A stretch of DNA of 64,000 bases. It comes from Camelus dromedarius (Eukaryota). The translations under genes were made by a program, and so were the position numbers. Below the pieces are notes generated by a model. That model saw only the letters and a list, made by a program, of their open reading frames with translations, was not told the origin of the DNA and made no database searches. The stretch spans positions 6,758,001 through 6,822,000 of the forward strand of contig NC_087458.1 of NCBI RefSeq assembly GCF_036321535.1, in the 5' to 3' direction. How positions within the stretch are numbered: position 1 is the stretch's first letter; the number at the start of each line of letters is the position of its first letter. Positions 30,477 to 52,623 of this stretch are shown here, piece by piece.

Positions 30477-32329
30477 CTCTCAGTTTGGTTAAGTCTAGAA
30501 ATGTTTCTGGATGTAAAAGTGGATGAGGATGAATTGGAACATGGGTACCCTCTGCATCCCACCACCTTGTCCTCACCATCTTGTTCCCACATGACACCAC
30601 GTACCCATGACTGACATCCATCTCCCCAGCTGAGACCTGCTACCCATTCTCACCTTAGGNNNNNNNNNNNNNNNNNNNNNNNNNNNNNNNNNNNNNNNNN
30701 NNNNNNNNNNNNNNNNNNNNNNNNNNNNNNNNNNNNNNNNNNNNNNNNNNNNNNNNNNNNNNNNNNNNNNNNNNNNNNNNNNNNNNNNNNNNNNNNNNNN
30801 NNNNNNNNNNNNNNNNNNNNNNNNNNNNNNNNNNNNNNNNNNNNNNNNNNNNNNNNNNNNNNNNNNNNNNNNNNNNNNNNNNNNNNNNNNNNNNNNNNNN
30901 NNNNNNNNNNNGGCAGGGAGGGACACTGGCCCCCACCTTTGGGAATGGTGCCTTCAATAACTGCTCATCGAGCTGTCCATAGCCCCCGAGGCTCTTTTCG
31001 TGTAGGCCCTGACCCATGCGCTGCTTCTTGAGGAGATGGCTTAAGAACAGGGTCTTGGGTGTTATCTGTAGGACCTGGGGGCCTGGGCCCGCCTAGCTGG
31101 CACCAAGGCACAGGGGTGACCCTCNNNNNNNNNNNNNNNNNNNNNNNNNNNNNNNNNNNNNNNNNNNNNNNNNNNNNNNNNNNNNNNNNNNNNNNNNNNN
31201 NNNNNNNNNNNNNNNNNNNNNNNNNNNNNNNNNNNNNNNNNNNNNNNNNNNNNNNNNNNNNNNNNNNNNNNNNGCTGTTGGGGGGAAAGGGGAGGGGATA
31301 TTTTAGGGGGCATTCTGTGGTCCCCCCTCCCAGCCCAGAAGGACTTGGGATGGCCTAGTGTCTGGGGGACCTAGGGCACCCCTCATTCCAGGAATGAGAG
31401 ACCCCAGGAGTTGTTTAAGTGGAACTTTGTGGCCCACCCATCTCTGGGCTCTGAGCCCTCCTGNNNNNNNNNNNNNNNNNNNNNNNNNNNNNNNNNNNNN
31501 NNNNNNNNNNNNNNNNNNNNNNNNNNNNNNNNNNNNNNNNNNNNNNNNNNNNNNNNNNNNNNNNNNNNNNNNNNNNNNNNNNNNNNNNNNNNNNNNNNNN
31601 NNNNNNNNNNNACCTCAGGCCAGCTCTGTCCCCCTGATCCCCCTGGCCATTGGGGGCTGGCACAAGCGCTGCCCCCTGGCCTGGTTGGCAGGGGCTGGCG
31701 CCCGGGCAAGGAACTGTGGTATGTGAGTGGGTTTGGGGTGAGGCATGGGGAGGGCGGGGTGCTGCCTTGCCCAGCCCCTGAGGGCCCCAGCCCAGTACAG
31801 GGTGGGGAGAATTCGGCCAGCTCCCAGGGGTGCCAAGGGGCCTGCTGGGGTCTGGAGGGCCTCTTCGTGGTCCCCTGTTATACCACATGCCCTGAGGGGC
31901 TGGGACCTGGGCACCTGTCACCCCTGGCGCTGACTGTCCAGGGTTCCCCTCCTCCCTCCTCTGGCCACTGCCGCCTCCTGTCCCCTCCCCTCCCTTCTTC
32001 CTTCTCCTGGTCCCACCTCCAGCAGCCTCTCCCATTGCTCCTCCTCACCTCTGTCCTCCTGGACTGTCCCAGCTCCTACCTTTCCTACCGCTCACCTTTT
32101 TCCTCTTTTAGGACTCAGTAAGGACAGGCAGGGGTGGGTACAGCTGGGGCTTCGGGCACCGCAGGCAGAGACTCTAGGCCCTCTCCCACGCTGCCAGCCC
32201 TCTGGTAACCCCTCCCTCCATCTGGGGGGAGGGGGGACAGCACCCAGAGGGTTAAGGCTGTAGGGGGGAGGGGCTGGGCTAAGTCGTGGGCGGCCCCTTT
32301 GAAAGAGGGAGCTGGAGCGGGGAACAGCC

Positions 32330-32426
32330 ACCCTACCTCCCCCCCAGCCCAGCCCTCCCCCACCCCTTCCAACCTGCTCCCCCCAGGGGCCAAGAGGAGT
32401 TGCCGGCAAGGCCCCTCAGCGTTCAG
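32330..32426 (+). other. ZBTB7B: ZBTB7B proximal non-coding exon (1b); 5' end approximate
   Basis: Consensus donor CAG|GTGAGT at 32426/32427, ~6.1 kb downstream of exon 1a as in the mouse two-promoter layout. TCF/LEF-like CCTTTGAAAG lies just upstream. Confidence 0.6.
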
Positions 32427-34344
32427 GTGAGTAGGCCCCACTCTGGCTTGGGAGATCAGGCCCCAGGGGAGGTTTGGAGGCCTAGAATTGGCCAAGGGTC
32501 AGAGAGGGACTGAAAAACAGGCTAGGAAGAGGGTGTCCCAACTTCACAAGGGGCAGTTTAGGGAGCTGAGGGTCTGAGGGTCTGGATTATGGGGAAGCTT
32601 CAGGGTCTCAGGGACCCCGCAGGACAGGAGAGCAGAAGGGGCCTACAGGAGCCGAGGGATCGCTGGGNNNNNNNNNNNNNNNNNNNNNNNNNNNNNNNNN
32701 NNNNNNNNNNNNNNNNNNNNNNNNNNNNNNNNNNNNNNNNNNNNNNNNNNNNNNNNNNNNNNNNNNNNNNNNNNNNNNNNNNNNNNNNNNNNNNNNNNNC
32801 CCAGCCAGAGACACTAGACTGGGGGGAGGGGGTGGCACAGGGCAGACCCTGGCACCTTGTGCGGTCTCCTCAGGCCCTAAGGGGAGCTGGCACTGCCTAG
32901 GCAGACCCCCGTTGGGAACTGTGATGGCCAGGGTCTGTCCATGTGCACAGTTGCCTGGCCTAGGGTGGGCAGCCTCTGGGGAAAGTCCAGCAGCTCCAGG
33001 GCTGGAAACTCTGACGGGCAGAGAGGCCTAGGTTGTCCCCACCACCCCACCCCACATCCGCTCTCAGAGCACCCCCCTTCACCCATCTTCCCCCAGCCAT
33101 CCCCCAAATCTGGGTCCTGTTCTTCATCCAGAAGGGGGATGTGGGTGCCCGAAATGCGGACATCTCATGGCAAGACCAGGCCTTGAAGGACAGGCCTGGC
33201 TTCTCGACTTGATTTATCTGCCCCTCTCTACACCGTGCCTGCCTGGGGAAGAGAGACGGGATGCTCGGAGCAGGGTGAAATGGAGGAAGTGGGAGAGGCT
33301 TGAGCAAGAGAACCAGAAGGGAAAATCAAGGAGAGGCAGGGATGGTTCCTAGGAGGCCAAGGGACATGGATGTGGTAGAGAAGACGCAGGAGCCTGGCAA
33401 GGGCTGACGGAAGGAAAGCAAAGGATGAGTTGCGGAGAGCAGAGACAGGGTTGGAGAAGGCAGTGAGGGGACAGGAAGAGGAGGCCAAGAAAAGGGGCCA
33501 AGAATAGAGAGAGGCTGAGGGCAGGGGTCTCCAAAGGTAAAGAGGAGAAGGCTGGGTAAGAGGGAGTTGCCCCTATTCCTCCCTCCGCCATCTTTTATGT
33601 CCCTCAGATTTCCCCTGATGCGGCCTGAGAGGCTGCGGACTAGGGCAGGTGTCATGGAAAGAAAATGTAGGGAATACTGAGGTCTCCCTCCTGTCAGGAG
33701 TTGAAGCACCAGGAATTGGGGATTTTGAGGGAGGAGAGGCTTAACCCCCACAGCACCGGGAAGCAGCCAACTCCCCTTGCCTCCTTCCCCCCTTCGTGGC
33801 TTGCGGTCTCTCTTCCCCGCCTCGGCCCCCAGGAAGTGTGAGTGCTGGGGGTGGTGAGGTTAGGAGGGGGAAGCAGCATATGGGGGATGGGGAAGGCATG
33901 CACTAGCTTGGAGGGGCTGGGGTAGTCAGGGAGGGCTCCATAGATGCCTAGGGCATCCCTGGGCCCAGGGCCTCTCCTTTGAAGCCCTTCCAGTCCTCCA
34001 AGGGCTTCACCTCAACCTCTCACCCTGCCTTCCCCACTGGGTTAGTCCAGATGGCTTCAGCCCCTGGGCCCCAGAGGCCCTAGGAAGGGGTGGGAGAAGC
34101 TGGGGAACTAGGATTCCCGGGTCCCTGAGGACCTTAGACTGGCTGCCCTATTTCCCCACCCCCATGGTCCAGCCACAGGCCAAAGCCCTGGCTTCGTGCA
34201 AACTTAGTTCCAAAAAAACAGGAAGAAAACCTGAGGCTGGAGTTGGGGTGGGGGTTGGGGGGTAGAAAGGAGAAAGAAGTAAGGGGGAAGGGTGGCCAGC
34301 CAAGGTGGGAAGAGCCTCAGGCCTCTCCATCACCCTGGAAGGAG

Positions 34345-34440
34345 GCATCACAGCCTGGTCTTCATCCTCCCTCACCCCAAGCTGCTGCACCTGGAGAAGC
34401 CTGGCCAGGCCCCTCTCAGCCTCTCTGGCAGCGCCCAGAG
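34345..34440 (+). other. ZBTB7B: Homolog of the human ZBTB7B alternative N-terminal exon, lacking an ATG here
   Basis: Frame reads (A)SQPGLHPPSPQAAAPGEAWPGPSQPLWQRPE|GTGGGG, a phase-0 donor. It resembles the recalled human long-isoform start MLQPGPHPPSPQAAAPGEAWPGPSQ. Confidence 0.5.
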
Positions 34441-36259
34441 GTGGGGGCCTCCTAGCCTGGGGAGGGGGGGCTCTGTGTGCCTGTGTCTCAGGCCCATATC
34501 TATTTTCTCCGCGGCTAATCCTGTTTCCGCCTGCTGCCCCCCACACTAAGCCTCACTCCCCTAATCCCCAGGGTGTGGGGAAGGGGGGCCAGCTTTGCTC
34601 AGCTGCCCCATTCAGGGCCTCGTATCCCTGCTCTTCAGCTGGCTGGAGCCAGCAGTGTTGGCCCTGGTGCCCCCAGCCCTGCACTGGACACTGCCTGAGG
34701 TCAGCACCTGGAAAGAGTTCCAGCCTCCTTTTCCTTCCCACGCCAGGGCCAGTGCCCTCTACCTTTTGGTTTCTTGGTGGTGGACACACCCTGGCAGGTG
34801 CCCTTGGGCACTGAGGGGTAGGTGATAGGGGTTCTCACCTTCACCCCGCTCCCACTTTTCTAACCCCAAAATCTTCCCCCCACCAAAGATGGGGCAAGTT
34901 TGACTCAGGGCCCAGTTTCAAGAGAGCTGCCCACCGGCTTGGCCGGTCTAGCAGGCCTGACAGTGAGGGGAGCCTGGGGGGGTGGCGGGAAAGCGGGGAG
35001 AGATGGGGTGGGGCCCCCAGTTCTCCCCCTACCAGGCAAACAGACCAAACAGACCTTCCCTGGCTCCCTGGCACAGCTGCCCCCCCCCAACCACCACACA
35101 CGCCCATGCCCACAAGGTCTTAGCAAGAGGGGGCATGCCAGGCTGGGTAGGGATGGGCCGCCCTCATGGGGCATTAGGGGGCTGGGCCCTCTGGGGTGCA
35201 GAGGTGGGAAGGGTGCCCAAGGTGGGGTGGGCATCCTGGCACCAGTGCCCCAGCCTGCCAGGAAGAAGGGGGAGGCCGCCGCCCCACCGACCCCTCCCAG
35301 ATGATGGGGTTAGGAGTGCCCCCTTGGCCTGGTTGGCACCAGCCTAGTTCCAGGTGGCACCTCTGGCATGGGTGCCAGAGCCCTGGCTAGGGGAGTTTCC
35401 CAGAAGCTAGAGAACCTTATGAACACCTCCCCTTCCCACGTGTCTCCTCTGCCTCTTCCCTCCTTCCTTGCTACTTCCTGGCCATGGGCATTGGAGTTAG
35501 GCCTAAGGGGTTAAACACTCACCCTTGCCCAAGCCCTGAGTGAGTTGCATGGTGAACCAGCCTGAGCCTGTGACCTGACAGCAGGGTCAGCCAATCAGTG
35601 CCCCTGCCACACCAAGTTGCCACGGAGACGGCCCTGGGGTGGGAGAAGGGAGGCGGGGAGGCGGGCTTAGCAGCCGCTGGATAGGGTGGGAAAGGAAGGA
35701 GGGAGAGCCACGTGCCTGTGGGTGCCCAGCTCTGGGCCAATGGACAATGAGGACAGCCCCACCCATCCCCCTCAGGAGGGACAGGATCCGCTTGGGCCCA
35801 AGAGGGTGCCCAATGCTGCTCTGCTGCCCACCCGGTTTTGTTTGTTCCTAAGTCCTGGGGCCATTTGCCACTTGTACTATTTGTAAAGTACAGGTGGGAG
35901 AACCAAAGGAAACTGGGAGTGCTCCCAGACTGCTTGGCTCCTATGGAAGGAGAAGTGATTTGGGGACTGAAGGTGGGAAGTGGTGGGTTATCTTAGGGTG
36001 TCTTGCTGTGGCTTACAAGCAGGCACATGGGTGCTTCTCACTAAAGGCTTCTGTGCAGGTATCGTGGCATTGCAACGAAGGTGACAGACGGGGAGGCAGG
36101 CAGAGACAATGCAGTTCTTGTGTCCTCAAGAGGAAACCTGTAGCCCTTGACTCCTCCAACTCGCCAAAGAACCTTTCCCCATCAATGACTGAAACTGAAC
36201 AGCTGTTGGGAGAGGCAGACAAGACACTGACAAAATGTCAGTGGGACTTACCCTAAGGA

Positions 36260-36890
36260 TCATCTAGGTCACCCTTTAATTTTACAGATGAGGAAACAGG
36301 CCTCCTTGGGGAAGGAAGTGACTTGTCCAAGGTCATGTAGCTGGTAGTAACCTGACTCCCTGGGGTGATCTGAGGGAGGGAGGCAGACCTGTCTCGCGGC
36401 AGAGGCCGTCTATATAGTGAAATCTACTTCCAGGTGAGGCCTTCTTCCTCCCTCCCAAGGACAGAACATTTACTGAGCCCCTACTGTGGGTCAGGCATTG
36501 TGCCTGCATTGGACTCGTTTAACCTTCACCACAGCCCTAGGAGTCTGGTGGAACTGTCCCATGTTACAGATGAGGAAGGAGGTTCAGAGATTAAATCACT
36601 TGTTTAAGGTCACAGGGCTAATCAGCCACATAGTGAGGATTCAAACTCAAGCCTGGATGACTCCAGAGTCCAGCTCTTTCCAGGCCCCAATTCTGTCTTC
36701 AGTTGCTCCAGGCCCACCGAATGTCAGGGCGAAGGGCTGAGCCCTTGGGGCTTCCAATCCCACCCCTTCCTTGTACAGTGAGGAAATGGAAGCACAGAGA
36801 GAAATGACTTGCCCAAGGTCATTCAGCAAGATAGTAGCAGAGCCAGGACTTGAAGCAGATCTCCCCACTTCCAGGCCAGACTCACTCTAT
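36260..36890. mobile_element. Cluster of MIR SINEs
   Basis: Repeated MIR cores TTTTACAGATGAGGAAACAGG (36281), TTACAGATGAGGAAGGAGGTTCAGAGA (36564) and CAGTGAGGAAATGGAAGCACAGAGAG (36777). Confidence 0.7.
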
Positions 36891-37699
36891 TACCCCTCCC
36901 CTCCACCAGCCTCCACCAAGGGTTGCTGGCAGCTCTGAGCCTTCTGTGGCTTTGCCTTGGAAGGGAAAGCATAGAGGGTGGAAGATGGACCTCTGGAGAG
37001 GGGGACTCTCCTGACTGGCCGGGAACTGGGAGGGAGAGGTGGTGGTGGTAGACCAGGGGGGAGGGGTGGGACTGGAACTTGGCCTATTGGCAGTGGGGGA
37101 GGGGGCGGGGAATGNNNNNNNNNNNNNNNNNNNNNNNNNNNNNNNNNNNNNNNNNNNNNNNNNNNNNNNNNNNNNNNNNNNNNNNNNNNNNNNNNNNNNN
37201 NNNNNNNNNNNNNNNNNNNNNNNNNNNNNNNNNNNNNNNNNNNNNNNNNNAAGTGGGTATCTAGAAGGGGAGATGAACTTTTAGTGGGTGGAGGAGGGAC
37301 AGGAGGACGAGAAGGAGGAGGGCGCTGGGAAGCTGCCTCTCATGTTTGCATAGTGTTTTACAGTGCAACAAATGCTTTAGGGAGATAACGTGAGTTAAAG
37401 CACCTGACCTTGCCTTGAACAGACCTTGGTCCAGTGTGAATCTGAACTCTCTCATCAGCCTCTCTGGGCTGTGAGGAGGTTCCATCGTAAAGACTGGCAC
37501 CACACTTTGCAGATGACTGAGGCTAGCTGCCAGAGCCACCCAGAGTCCTTCAGCCAGTTCTTCATGAAGCCTGAACCAGGACCCAGGCATCCTTCTTCCC
37601 AGTCCAGTGCTTCTTCCAAAGGGATGGGAAATGGGGCAGGTGAAGTAGATGGGTCTCTAAGAAAGGACCAGAAAGGCGGGGCTCCTGCTCTCAGGTAGA

Positions 37700-37870
37700 A
37701 TAGTGCACAGGTGTTAGGAACACGGACCACCTGGCTTTGAACCCATTCTGCACTTAACTTGGAAAGTTACTTCACCTGCCTGCACCTCAGGTTCCTGTCT
37801 GTGAAATGGATGATAATCGTTACTTTAGAAGATTGGGGAAGATGAAATGGGTGTAAAGTACTTAGAAGAC
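37700..37870. mobile_element. MIR SINE
   Basis: CTTGGAAAGTTACTTCACCTGCCTGCACCTCAGGTTCCTGTCTGTGAAATGGATGATAAT. Confidence 0.65.
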
Positions 37871-37961
37871 CACCCGGCCTATAGGCACCTGGCCAGTGTT
37901 GGTACTCCTTGCAGGGCTCAGTGCTCTTAACTTCCCCTTCTATTTCACCCAGCAGAAGAAG

Positions 37962-39997
37962 ATGGGGAGCCCGGAGGACGACCTGATCGGGATTCCATTC
38001 CCAGACCACAGCAGTGAGCTCCTGAGCAGCCTCAATGAGCAGCGCCAGCTGGGCCACCTATGTGACCTCACCATCCGGACCCAGGGCCTTGAATACCGCA
38101 CCCACCGGGCTGTGCTGGCTGCCTGTAGCCACTACTTCAAGAAACTCTTCACTGAGGGTGGTGGCGGGGCAGTCATGGGCTCTGGGGGCAGCGGGACAGC
38201 CACCGGGGGAGCAGGGGCCGGTGTGTGTGAGCTGGACTTTGTGGGGCCAGAGGCCCTGGGTGCCCTGCTTGAGTTTGCCTATACGGCCACGCTGACCACC
38301 AGCAGCGCCAACATGCCAGCCGTGCTCCAGGCCGCGCGGCTGCTGGAGATCCCATGTGTCATCGCTGCCTGCATGGAGATCCTGCAGGGCAGCGGACTGG
38401 AAGCTCCCAGCCCTGATGAGGACGACTGCGAGCGAGCTCGCCAGTACCTGGAGGCCTTCGCCACAGCCACAGCCTCAGCCTCAGCCTCAGCCTCGGGAGT
38501 TCCCAATGGTGAAGACAGTGCTCCACAGGTGCCCCTCCCACCACCACCACCGCCACCTCGGCCTGTCGCCCGCCGCAGCCGCAAGCCCCGAAAAGCTTTC
38601 CTGCAGACCAAGGGGGCCCGGGCCAACCACCTAGTGCCCGAAGTGCCCACAGTGCCCACCCATCCCTTGACCTATGAGGAGGAGGACGCAGCTGGCAGAG
38701 TGGGCAGCAGTGGGGGCAGCGGTCCAGGGGACAGCTACAGCCCTCCCACAGGGACTGCCTCACCCACTGAGGGGCCCCTGAGCTACGATGCCTATGAGGG
38801 TGAGGAAGAAGAGGAGGAGCTGGTATATCCCCCAGCCTATGGGCTGGTGCAGGGCAGTGGGCCCCCGCTGTCCCCCGAGGAGCTGGGCTCAGATGAGGAT
38901 GCCATCGATCCTGACCTGATGGCCTACCTGAGTTCCCTGCACCAGGACACCCTGGCACCAGGCCTGGATGGCCAGGACAAGCTAGTGCGCAAACGCCGCT
39001 CCCAGATGCCCCAGGAGTGTCCAGTCTGCCACAAGATCATCCACGGGGCAGGCAAACTGCCACGCCACATGAGGACCCATACTGGTGAGAAGCCCTTCGC
39101 CTGTGAAGTCTGCGGCGTCCGTTTCACCCGGTGAGCACCAATGGGGAAGGGGCTCAGCTGGGGCCACGTCATGTCAGGGGGAGGGTGAAAGGGATTATGA
39201 GACCCGAGGTGTGGAGGTGGGTGATCCTGGAGGGGCTGAGAGGGTGTAGGGGTCACCAGAGTGAAGAGCGAGACCAGGAAAGGGAGGCCAGGAGAAAGAA
39301 AGTCAAGGGAGGTGGGTGTGGGGCATGAAAGACTGGGCTGTGCAGGGGGCAGAGGAGTGGGTGGTAGCTAGGCCCAGTTAAGCTGGGGCCAAGTCAGCAA
39401 CGGTCTCCTGGGGCAGCAATGGGGAAACAAATGGGGGGAACGGGAGTGGGACAAGACCTGGGAGGCTGGCCAGGACAACCAGGGATCCCGCCCTGAACAT
39501 CTCACTTGCCCCTCCCTGCTGCCNNNNNNNNNNNNNNNNNNNNNNNNNNNNNNNNNNNNNNNNNNNNNNNNNNNNNNNNNNNNNNNNNNNNNNNNNNNNN
39601 NNNNNNNNNNNNNNNNNNNNNNNNNNNNNNNNNNNNNNNNNNNNNNNNNNNNNNNNNNNNNNNNNNNNNNNNNNNNNNNNNNNNNNNNNNNNNNNNNNNN
39701 NNNNNNNNNNNNNNNNNNNNNNNNNNNNNNNNNNNNNNNNNNNNNNNNNNNNNNNNNNNNNNNNNNNAGGACGATGCGCCCCCTCACTACCCAACACCCT
39801 CTGCCGCCACCCCGTCCCCTGCTGGCCTCGACCTCTCCAATGGCCACTTGGACAACTTCCGCCTCTCTCTGGCTCGATTCTGGGAGCAGTCAGCCCCTAC
39901 TGGGCCCCCAGTCTCCACCCCAGGGCCCCCTGATGACGATGAGGAGGAGGGGGCACCCACCACACCTCAGGCTGAAGGTGCCATGGAGTCCTCTTAA
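37962..39997 (+). CDS. ZBTB7B: Zinc finger and BTB domain-containing protein 7B (ThPOK/cKrox)
   Basis: Exon 37962-39130 (MGSPEDDLIGIPFPDHSSELL, BTB domain, ZF1 CPVCHKIIHGAGKLPRHMRTH), preceded by tandem NAG acceptors at 37950-37961. The last exon starts inside gap 39524-39767 (predicted ~39532; ZF2-4 hidden) and resumes at DDAPPHY...AEGAMESS*, ending 39997. Confidence 0.97.
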
Positions 39998-40599
39998 AGA
40001 GGGATGAGTGGCCAAGCTGGAGCAGCACGGGGGCTGGGGACGCCCATGCCAAGCAGTGGGAGTGTGCAGCACAGACGGCGCTGGGGGTCCAGGCACTGAG
40101 CCTCCCTGGCATCGAAAATCAGCCCCTTCCCCCAGAGCCCTCATTCCAGTTTCAAGCTGAGAAGGTTTTGGGGCAGAAGCTCCCCAGATTGGGGTGCTCT
40201 CCCAAGGAGTGATACGTATGATACGATGTATATATTTACAGCTCTGTTGTAACGGTGGGGTCCCTGTCCCCAGCTGCTCCTGGGGAGTAGAAGCAATAAT
40301 GTATTTCTGATTCGTGGGGTCCCTCTTCGGCTATGCGGGTTTCTAGGGGGTGGGGGGCTTGGGACCAAAGCCTTGCCCCGCCCCCATGCCCCTTGGGGTT
40401 TTGGCTGTGTAAGGGGGTGAAGGACTGCCCCTCCCTTTCGAGACCCCTCCTTCCTGGTTTCTGTTCCCTTTTCCTGGCAGTGAATTATGCAAAGGGGGCG
40501 GCAAAGGAAGGGTAAGTGGGGGAAAGCAAGGTAAAAGCTTGAAAGACTGGGGGACTGGGCCTGTAAGGAAGGAGCCATCCTAGTCCCCCTCCGCCCTGC

Positions 40600-41100
40600 T
40601 CCCAGCGCTGAGTCATGGGGTCCTGGAGAAGGGGCGGGGTGGCCTGATTGGCTCGCCCGCCCCTGGGGGCAGCGGGAGGGGCCCCGCCCAGCTAGGGGAG
40701 CCGCTCGCTGGTTCTCTTCCCCTGCCCTCCCCTCCCGCGTCCCCGGGCAGGGAATGTCTTGTTCCCGCCGCTCCCTCCCCGGGGCCAGAGGGCAGGGCGG
40801 GCCGGGCGGTGTCCTACCCTCTTCTCCTCCCCACCTCCTCCCCGCCCAGGTGCGAGCCGGAGCCGCCGCCACCGCTGCCGCCCCTGACTCACGCCGCCCC
40901 CGGGCTGGCGCGGTGCAGGGTGTGGGACCGGGTGAGGGGTTGGGGGGAGCCTTGCGGAGAACGGGCGAGCCGGCGCCATCTGGCGGCCGTGCCCCTCGCG
41001 GGCGAGCGCCCCTGGCGGCCACTTCCAGCGGGCCGTCTGCGCTCACCCCCACCACCCCAGCTGGTGAGCGGCGCCCCCTTGCCAAGGCTGTGGGCAAATA
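40600..41100. promoter_or_regulatory. CpG island inside the ZBTB7B 3'UTR with a CTCF-type motif cluster
   Basis: CGCTGAGTCAT (AP-1/ARE), GC boxes and CTGATTGG. Minus-strand CCGCCAGATGGCGCCG at 40971-40986, plus two weaker copies at ~41004-41018 and ~41070-41085. Confidence 0.55.
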
Positions 41101-41859
41101 ACTTCTTGCTCAGCCGCAGGGAAAGTGGGCTGCGGAGCTGTGGGAAAGGGACCCTTTCCCCAGACGCTTACCAGCCCGGCTCCCTGTTGGGTCGGGGAGA
41201 ATAATCCCCTCCCTCTTCCCTTAGGATTGAATCCACCCCCGTTCTGTACATAGCCTTTTCTGTTGGTCTTGTTGAAATCTAGTTTCAGATTTTTAACTAC
41301 CCAAATCTGCTGGGGGTGGGGGTATCTCCCCCCTCTTCCTCGCTGGGTGCTGGACCCCGTTTGGCCTGGGCTCTGCCTTGCACTATTTCCCCTCCCTGGC
41401 CTGGCGGCCCCTCCCCCTCCTTCAAAGGGGCAGGTTCAGGGGCCCGGTGCTCTCCCTCTCTCCCAAGCACCCCCATGCCCATTTGCACAGCTGCCCAGGT
41501 ACCCCCAATAGTGGGGGGGTCACAGGGAGGGGGTAGCGGGACCAGTCCCTATATCTATTTAAAAAGTGATGATGTAATATATTGGGGTTGGGGGAGGTCG
41601 GGTTGCCCTGGGCCTCATCTTAGCATTTCAGGTGATGGGGGAGCCCAGGGCTGAGGAGACCTGAGGCCTAGCCCCAGGGAGTGAGGACAATGTGGCCTCC
41701 CCTCTCCCCCCTTGCGGCTTCTCCACTCAGTGCCTTAGGGGGGGAGGCAATCCCCCCTCTCCTGTTCCCCTCCCCTTCCCCTGCCCCCCACCTCGGGTGT
41801 AAACGACAGGAAGAAATAATAATAATTTAAGATTCACATTTGTGTCTACCTTTGGTTCC

Positions 41860-41865
41860 TTTATT
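41860..41865 (-). terminator. DCST2 polyadenylation signal
   Basis: TTTATT on + is AATAAA on -; it overlaps the putative ancestral stop codon TAA (41863-41861). Confidence 0.7.
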
Positions 41866-42032
41866 TGGAGGGTAGATGGGAGGGATCAGAAGGAGAGGTA
41901 GAGGAGAGACAGAAGGACTGGGGGTTCTGAAGCCGGGAGAGGGGTCTGCTTTGGGAACAGAGGATTTTTGAGGTGGTCAGTGGGGCCAAGGGAGTGTGGG
42001 AATGCCAATAGACTGGGCCTCGGGTGGGGCTG

Positions 42033-52623
<10,591 letters not shown>

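Noticed and set aside
35590-35629. X-box plus Y-box resembling an MHC class II SXY module
   Set aside because: X-to-Y spacing is about 8 nt shorter than in HLA-DRA as I recall it, and there is no X2/CRE site. Kept only as a generic RFX/NF-Y element.
37896-37961. 22-aa N-terminal extension of ZBTB7B in the ORF track
   Set aside because: It starts at a non-ATG codon and runs through the polypyrimidine tract and acceptor, so it is intronic.
40141-41097. 318-aa minus-strand ORF in the ZBTB7B 3'UTR
   Set aside because: Low-complexity Pro/Gly/Arg/Ala translation of a CpG island where stop codons are rare.
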